From positions 1 through 27,758 of IMG/VR virus record IMGVR_UViG_3300005805_006186: a stretch of DNA of 27,758 bases; one strand, 5' to 3'. Positions 25,401 through 27,758 of the stretch are shown one piece after another (positions within the stretch are counted from its first letter, which is position 1; the number at the start of each line of letters is the position of its first letter). The position numbers and the translations under genes are program-made. The notes beneath the pieces were generated by a model. That model saw only the letters and a program-made list of their open reading frames with translations, did no database searches and had not been told where the DNA came from. Source of the stretch: a virus. Taxonomy: Duplodnaviria > Caudoviricetes.

Positions 25401-26345
25401 CAGCAATTTGGTGCTGAGATGCGTTCTATTGGATCTGCATCAGTTTTTGGTAATACTGGAGTTACTTGTGATGGTCTTGGAGTTAAACTCAGAATGTTTG
25501 GTTTTAACTTCGGTCATATTGGATCTGGTAAAGATTTTAGTCAAGATGAATCTTTAGTCAATCAGGAAGCAGAAGTTACTGAAACTAATGGTGGTAGATG
25601 CTTCTTTGTTTCTACAGATCAAAGTGGAAATTTCAGAGTTGGAAATTACTTCTATGTTAATGAAGAAAGAGGTGTAGTTGGATTTGGTGGGCAAACTTTT
25701 AATATTTCAAGTTTATCTAATCTTGATATTACTGATGGTTCTAATACAACTTCTTTAACACCAACCTCACTAAGTGTTGGTAATCTTCAATTATCTGGAA
25801 ATCAGATTACTAGTTCCTCTGGAAATATCATTATTAATCCATCTGGAATTAGTTCTACAACCATTGATGGTGCATTGAACTTGAATGGAAATCTTTATAC
25901 TTCTGGATCTCTTGCTTCTTTTGGCAGAGTTGAAACTGGTGAAGTAAGATTTGGATCCGTATCTGAGAAAACTACTTTAGTATCTGGACCAGACATTAAT
26001 ATTTCTTACGGAGCATCTGGAACAAATATCGCTATTTGCAATAATCCATCTACAGAATTAGTTTTAAATGTCAATAATATTCCTACAGATGCATCTTTCG
26101 ATAATCATAGTGTTTTATTCACTGTGATTGTAAACAGCAGTGGAGTTGCTTATGGTTGCACTGCTGTTAATCTGAATGGCGTCCAAAAACCAATTCTTTG
26201 GGCAGGTGGTTCAATTTATGCCGCAGGAATTACTACAACCAATGGATATAACATTTATAACTTTACTGGTATCAATACTGTTGGATCTGCAAGCACAACT
26301 GACAATTATATTGTTCTTGGAACTGTTGGTGGAGGATTTCATTAA
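22461..26345 (+). CDS. Large virion structural/tail-fibre-like protein with beta-helix-like and LamG/ConA domains
   Basis: Acidic helical N-terminus; G/S/T-rich body; YYVTVDGSDSNTG...GDIIRIGVGTFTE..PLEIPQGVTVRG (pectin-lyase-like start); FDGTGDYL...DFTLECF...WYHVAVAR...GYIDEIRIS (LamG). Confidence 0.8.
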   Translation: MSIFKKSIKYSKPSKNINEKIKSLDEGLKKTGVIADQNNSEFVCLHEEVEENIPKIYDEVRVENKEDLFDWRKSLLEEYRTELNENTTEEDVSVFKLNRVEGYISESNKELILLRDQIFKEISEETLLDLPQIKSKISRVLEIYEELQEGLLNEPPDVKNEDPLTPLDQNFVTVEDLNKHYTLFINRLQEQIATIGGGGETKLKYLDDIVGIATNPSAYNNKFLKYNHSIGKFEFATVSGGGGGSQTLDDTLILGNQSSLGIDVGLSTFNNSVVVGGGQTSLVVNGDVRITGILTIGTNTVTINGNNSQISVGASISLDPSTGYVTAERFYGELAGVAFDSYTAQYAYVAETALTADAISPGSDLTGIGSITATAFFGDGSGLSGVVASEGNAYYVTVDGSDSNTGNSLGDTLLTVRQALSLASSGDIIRIGVGTFTEEFPLEIPQGVTVRGMGLRATLIQPTESTKTEDCFLMNGETTVEDLTVENMYEPGYAFKFATGMKTTSRSPYIQRVTVLNRGTNITSTDPYGFDTVHNPPVSYKSGRGILIDGSVVDPTTLEPAMLFNECTFICPNNTALEMTNGARTEWVNCFSYFADKGIYAYSSENGLGGVGKTRIKVTGITTSTEPQEDDLLYYFDENVKTSSYDRVGSAVTVTYSDHNLSNNDQVYINFTSGGATDDDIYVISGVTTNTFNLTTVGSGDTTGDLTYKKALGIGTINTYSNGTFILNGKGTGVFQTASSRSGKTVTPFNEARISTVQYRFGTASAVFDGTGDYLQVISDAAFGFGTDDFTLECFIRLTSSGTTETVIDLRDGVLADNSPVLYIASDDTLRYYANSSDRVVGVTTLSTNTWYHVAVARSSGQTRLFLNGTQEGSTYTDSNNYGVSKPVRIGSDVVGLNGFSGYIDEIRISNSSRYETNFITPNLPFVSDQTTKLLLHCDGDNDSVVFLDSTLVTQDVRVVTSGIGSVSLLTATTITLADYQQFGAEMRSIGSASVFGNTGVTCDGLGVKLRMFGFNFGHIGSGKDFSQDESLVNQEAEVTETNGGRCFFVSTDQSGNFRVGNYFYVNEERGVVGFGGQTFNISSLSNLDITDGSNTTSLTPTSLSVGNLQLSGNQITSSSGNIIINPSGISSTTIDGALNLNGNLYTSGSLASFGRVETGEVRFGSVSEKTTLVSGPDINISYGASGTNIAICNNPSTELVLNVNNIPTDASFDNHSVLFTVIVNSSGVAYGCTAVNLNGVQKPILWAGGSIYAAGITTTNGYNIYNFTGINTVGSASTTDNYIVLGTVGGGFH

Positions 26346-27145
26346 TGCCAGTTATATCTAGAGTTGGGATTAGTAATGGATTTATAAAAACAAATTCATC
26401 CTTTACTCCAGTCATTCCAGATCCAACAGGATTTGTAATCCAAAATCTTATTACTCGTTATGAGGTTGGTGAAATCGATTCTTTTACTGGTATTGGAACA
26501 GTTATAAACGATACTACAGTCAATAATAATGATGCTTCCATTTACAATGGATTTTTGTTTACTTTTGATGATGGTGGGGCAGTATTGTTAGATGGAATTA
26601 ATCGATATATTGAAACTCCAGACTCTTCTCTGATGCGAGGAACAGTTGGTAATGCGATCACTGTTCAGGTTTGGATGAAAATAGAAGCAACATATTCTGA
26701 TGGCGATGGTTTATTCAGTAAGCAATATGGAGATTCTCAGAATAATGATGGGTATAGTTTGCTTCTGAAGAGTAATAACTCTATCGGGTTATATATGAAT
26801 GGTGATTCTGTAAATGGGCAATATATTAGTACATCGAATAATGTTTGGTCTACAGATACTTGGCATTTATTTACTGCTGTTGTTCGCTTTGGTGGGGGAT
26901 CATTGAATCCAAGTAAAGTTTATGTAGACACTACAGAAATTTCTTTAAGTAATGGTGGAGAGAATGCAGAGACGGCAATAACAAACAATACCGCACCTTT
27001 CAGAATAGCAAGCGGAATTCAAGAAACATCCGCTCAATATACACCTTGTAAATTTGCTGCTATGTATGTTTATGATCGTGCCTTATCTTCTTTAGATGTT
27101 TTTAGAAATTATCAGGCAACTAAAGACAGATATGGTTTACCTTGA
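26345..27145 (+). CDS. LamG/concanavalin A-like lectin-domain protein, probably virion-associated
   Basis: LDGINRYI, ITVQVWMK, DTWHLFTAV, KVYVD, YVYDRALS, NYQATKDRYGL; TAATG coupling. Confidence 0.82.
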   Translation: MPVISRVGISNGFIKTNSSFTPVIPDPTGFVIQNLITRYEVGEIDSFTGIGTVINDTTVNNNDASIYNGFLFTFDDGGAVLLDGINRYIETPDSSLMRGTVGNAITVQVWMKIEATYSDGDGLFSKQYGDSQNNDGYSLLLKSNNSIGLYMNGDSVNGQYISTSNNVWSTDTWHLFTAVVRFGGGSLNPSKVYVDTTEISLSNGGENAETAITNNTAPFRIASGIQETSAQYTPCKFAAMYVYDRALSSLDVFRNYQATKDRYGLP

Positions 27146-27151
27146 TCAAAA

Positions 27152-27210
27152 CCACTTTTCGAACTGGCACACCCTCTTGACGGGGGTGTTTTTTTGTGTT
27201 ATTATAAATA
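27152..27210 (+). terminator. Terminator fused to psbA early and late promoters
   Basis: ACACCCTC-ttgac-GGGGGTGT followed by a T-run. TTGACG 27177-27182, 17 bp, TATTAT 27200-27205, overlapping the late box TATAAATA 27203-27210. CCACTT-N5-ACTGGCAC lies upstream. Confidence 0.85.
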
Positions 27211-27264
27211 GGTAAACAAATGTTACGAACCTTAAAGGATTTGTAACATTGTTAAACACCCGTT

Positions 27265-27374
27265 AACCGAGACCTATGGGTGTATAAATTACGTCTCTCA
27301 TATCCCTGCTAAGGGTGCAGGGAGCATAGTATCTCCACCATTTCCCTGATGGTCTTACTATCCTTTTAATCAAA
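27265..27374 (+). ncRNA. PhotoRC-II-like structured 5' leader of psbA
   Basis: TCCCTGC-taagggt-GCAGGGA (27303-27323) and ATAGTA..ACCAT-ttccctg-ATGGT..TACTAT (27326-27361), with complementary loops AGGG/CCCT. Lies immediately 5' of phage psbA. Confidence 0.7.
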
Positions 27375-27758
27375 ATGACTGCTACAATTTCACGTCAACA
27401 ACAATCGAATACTTGGGAACAGTTTTGCAACTGGGTTACTTCAACCGACAATCGTCTTTATGTCGGCTGGTTCGGAGTCCTGATGATTCCTTGCCTTCTT
27501 GCTGCTACGACTTGTTTCATCATCGCATTCATCGGTGCTCCTCCAGTGGACATTGATGGTATCCGTGAACCCGTTGCTGGTTCACTCATGTACGGAAACA
27601 ACATCATCTCTGGTGCTGTTATTCCTTCGTCCAACGCAATTGGACTGCACTTTTATCCTATCTGGGAAGCTGCTTCCCTAGATGAGTGGCTCTACAACGG
27701 TGGTCCTTTCCAACTGGTTGTGTTCCACTTCCTGATTGGTATCTACGCCTATATGGGT
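27375..27758 (+). CDS. psbA: Photosystem II D1 protein, N-terminal 128 codons (runs off the window; not in ORF track)
   Basis: [39 protein letters not shown]...[73 protein letters not shown]. Confidence 0.99.
   Translation, partial: MTATISRQQQSNTWEQFCNWVTSTDNRLYVGWFGVLMIPCLLAATTCFIIAFIGAPPVDIDGIREPVAGSLMYGNNIISGAVIPSSNAIGLHFYPIWEAASLDEWLYNGGPFQLVVFHFLIGIYAYMG

Noticed and set aside
439-26361. Many short ORFs nested in or antisense to larger genes (e.g. 439-708, 2194-2376, 5647-5991, 6821-7093, 7193-7558, 14923-15246, 18501-18839, 24059-24250, 26176-26361)
   Set aside because: Shadow frames of well-supported genes, with no motifs, SD or promoter support.
27499-27681. 60-aa + strand ORF in the track
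   Set aside because: It is an alternative frame inside psbA. The true D1 frame starts at 27375 and runs off the window.
1-27758. Cyanobacterial chromosome or mobile-element origin; intron or homing endonuclease in psbA
   Set aside because: Short talC, AMG juxtaposition, T4 late promoters and tail-fibre-like genes indicate a cyanomyovirus. No integrase, transposase or endonuclease was seen, and the visible psbA part is uninterrupted.

Overview
This window is part of a T4-like cyanophage (cyanomyovirus) genome. It is AT-rich, densely coding and almost entirely on the + strand, and it covers an auxiliary-metabolic-gene (AMG) island. Order of features: the C-terminus of a beta-barrel outer-membrane-like protein; pstS with a Pho-box-like promoter; tRNA-Val, a 2OG-Fe(II) oxygenase, dps, small genes and tRNA-Ser; a tightly coupled ~13-gene run with talC-zwf-gnd and PTOX; tRNA-Pro; a structured manA/wcaG-like RNA region; a 13-gene glycan-synthesis cluster (gmd, fcl, GT11, GT6, two GT25s, an epimerase, methyltransferases, a GT-D-like protein); two hli genes and a peroxiredoxin; a 1294-aa tail-fibre-like protein and a LamG protein; and a PhotoRC-II-like leader with the 5' part of psbA. 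The most notable observations are: (i) two microproteins missed by the ORF track that resemble the NDH-1L subunits NdhQ and NdhP and bracket talC-zwf-gnd-PTOX; (ii) a glycan cluster with the enzyme set for an ABO(A)-like fucosylated epitope; (iii) a ~55-nt-period array of covarying stem+UGGYG RNA modules apparently interrupted by an ORF; and (iv) repeated terminator hairpins that carry the next promoter's -35 box. All family assignments come from motif recognition and recalled reference sequences. No database searches were run.
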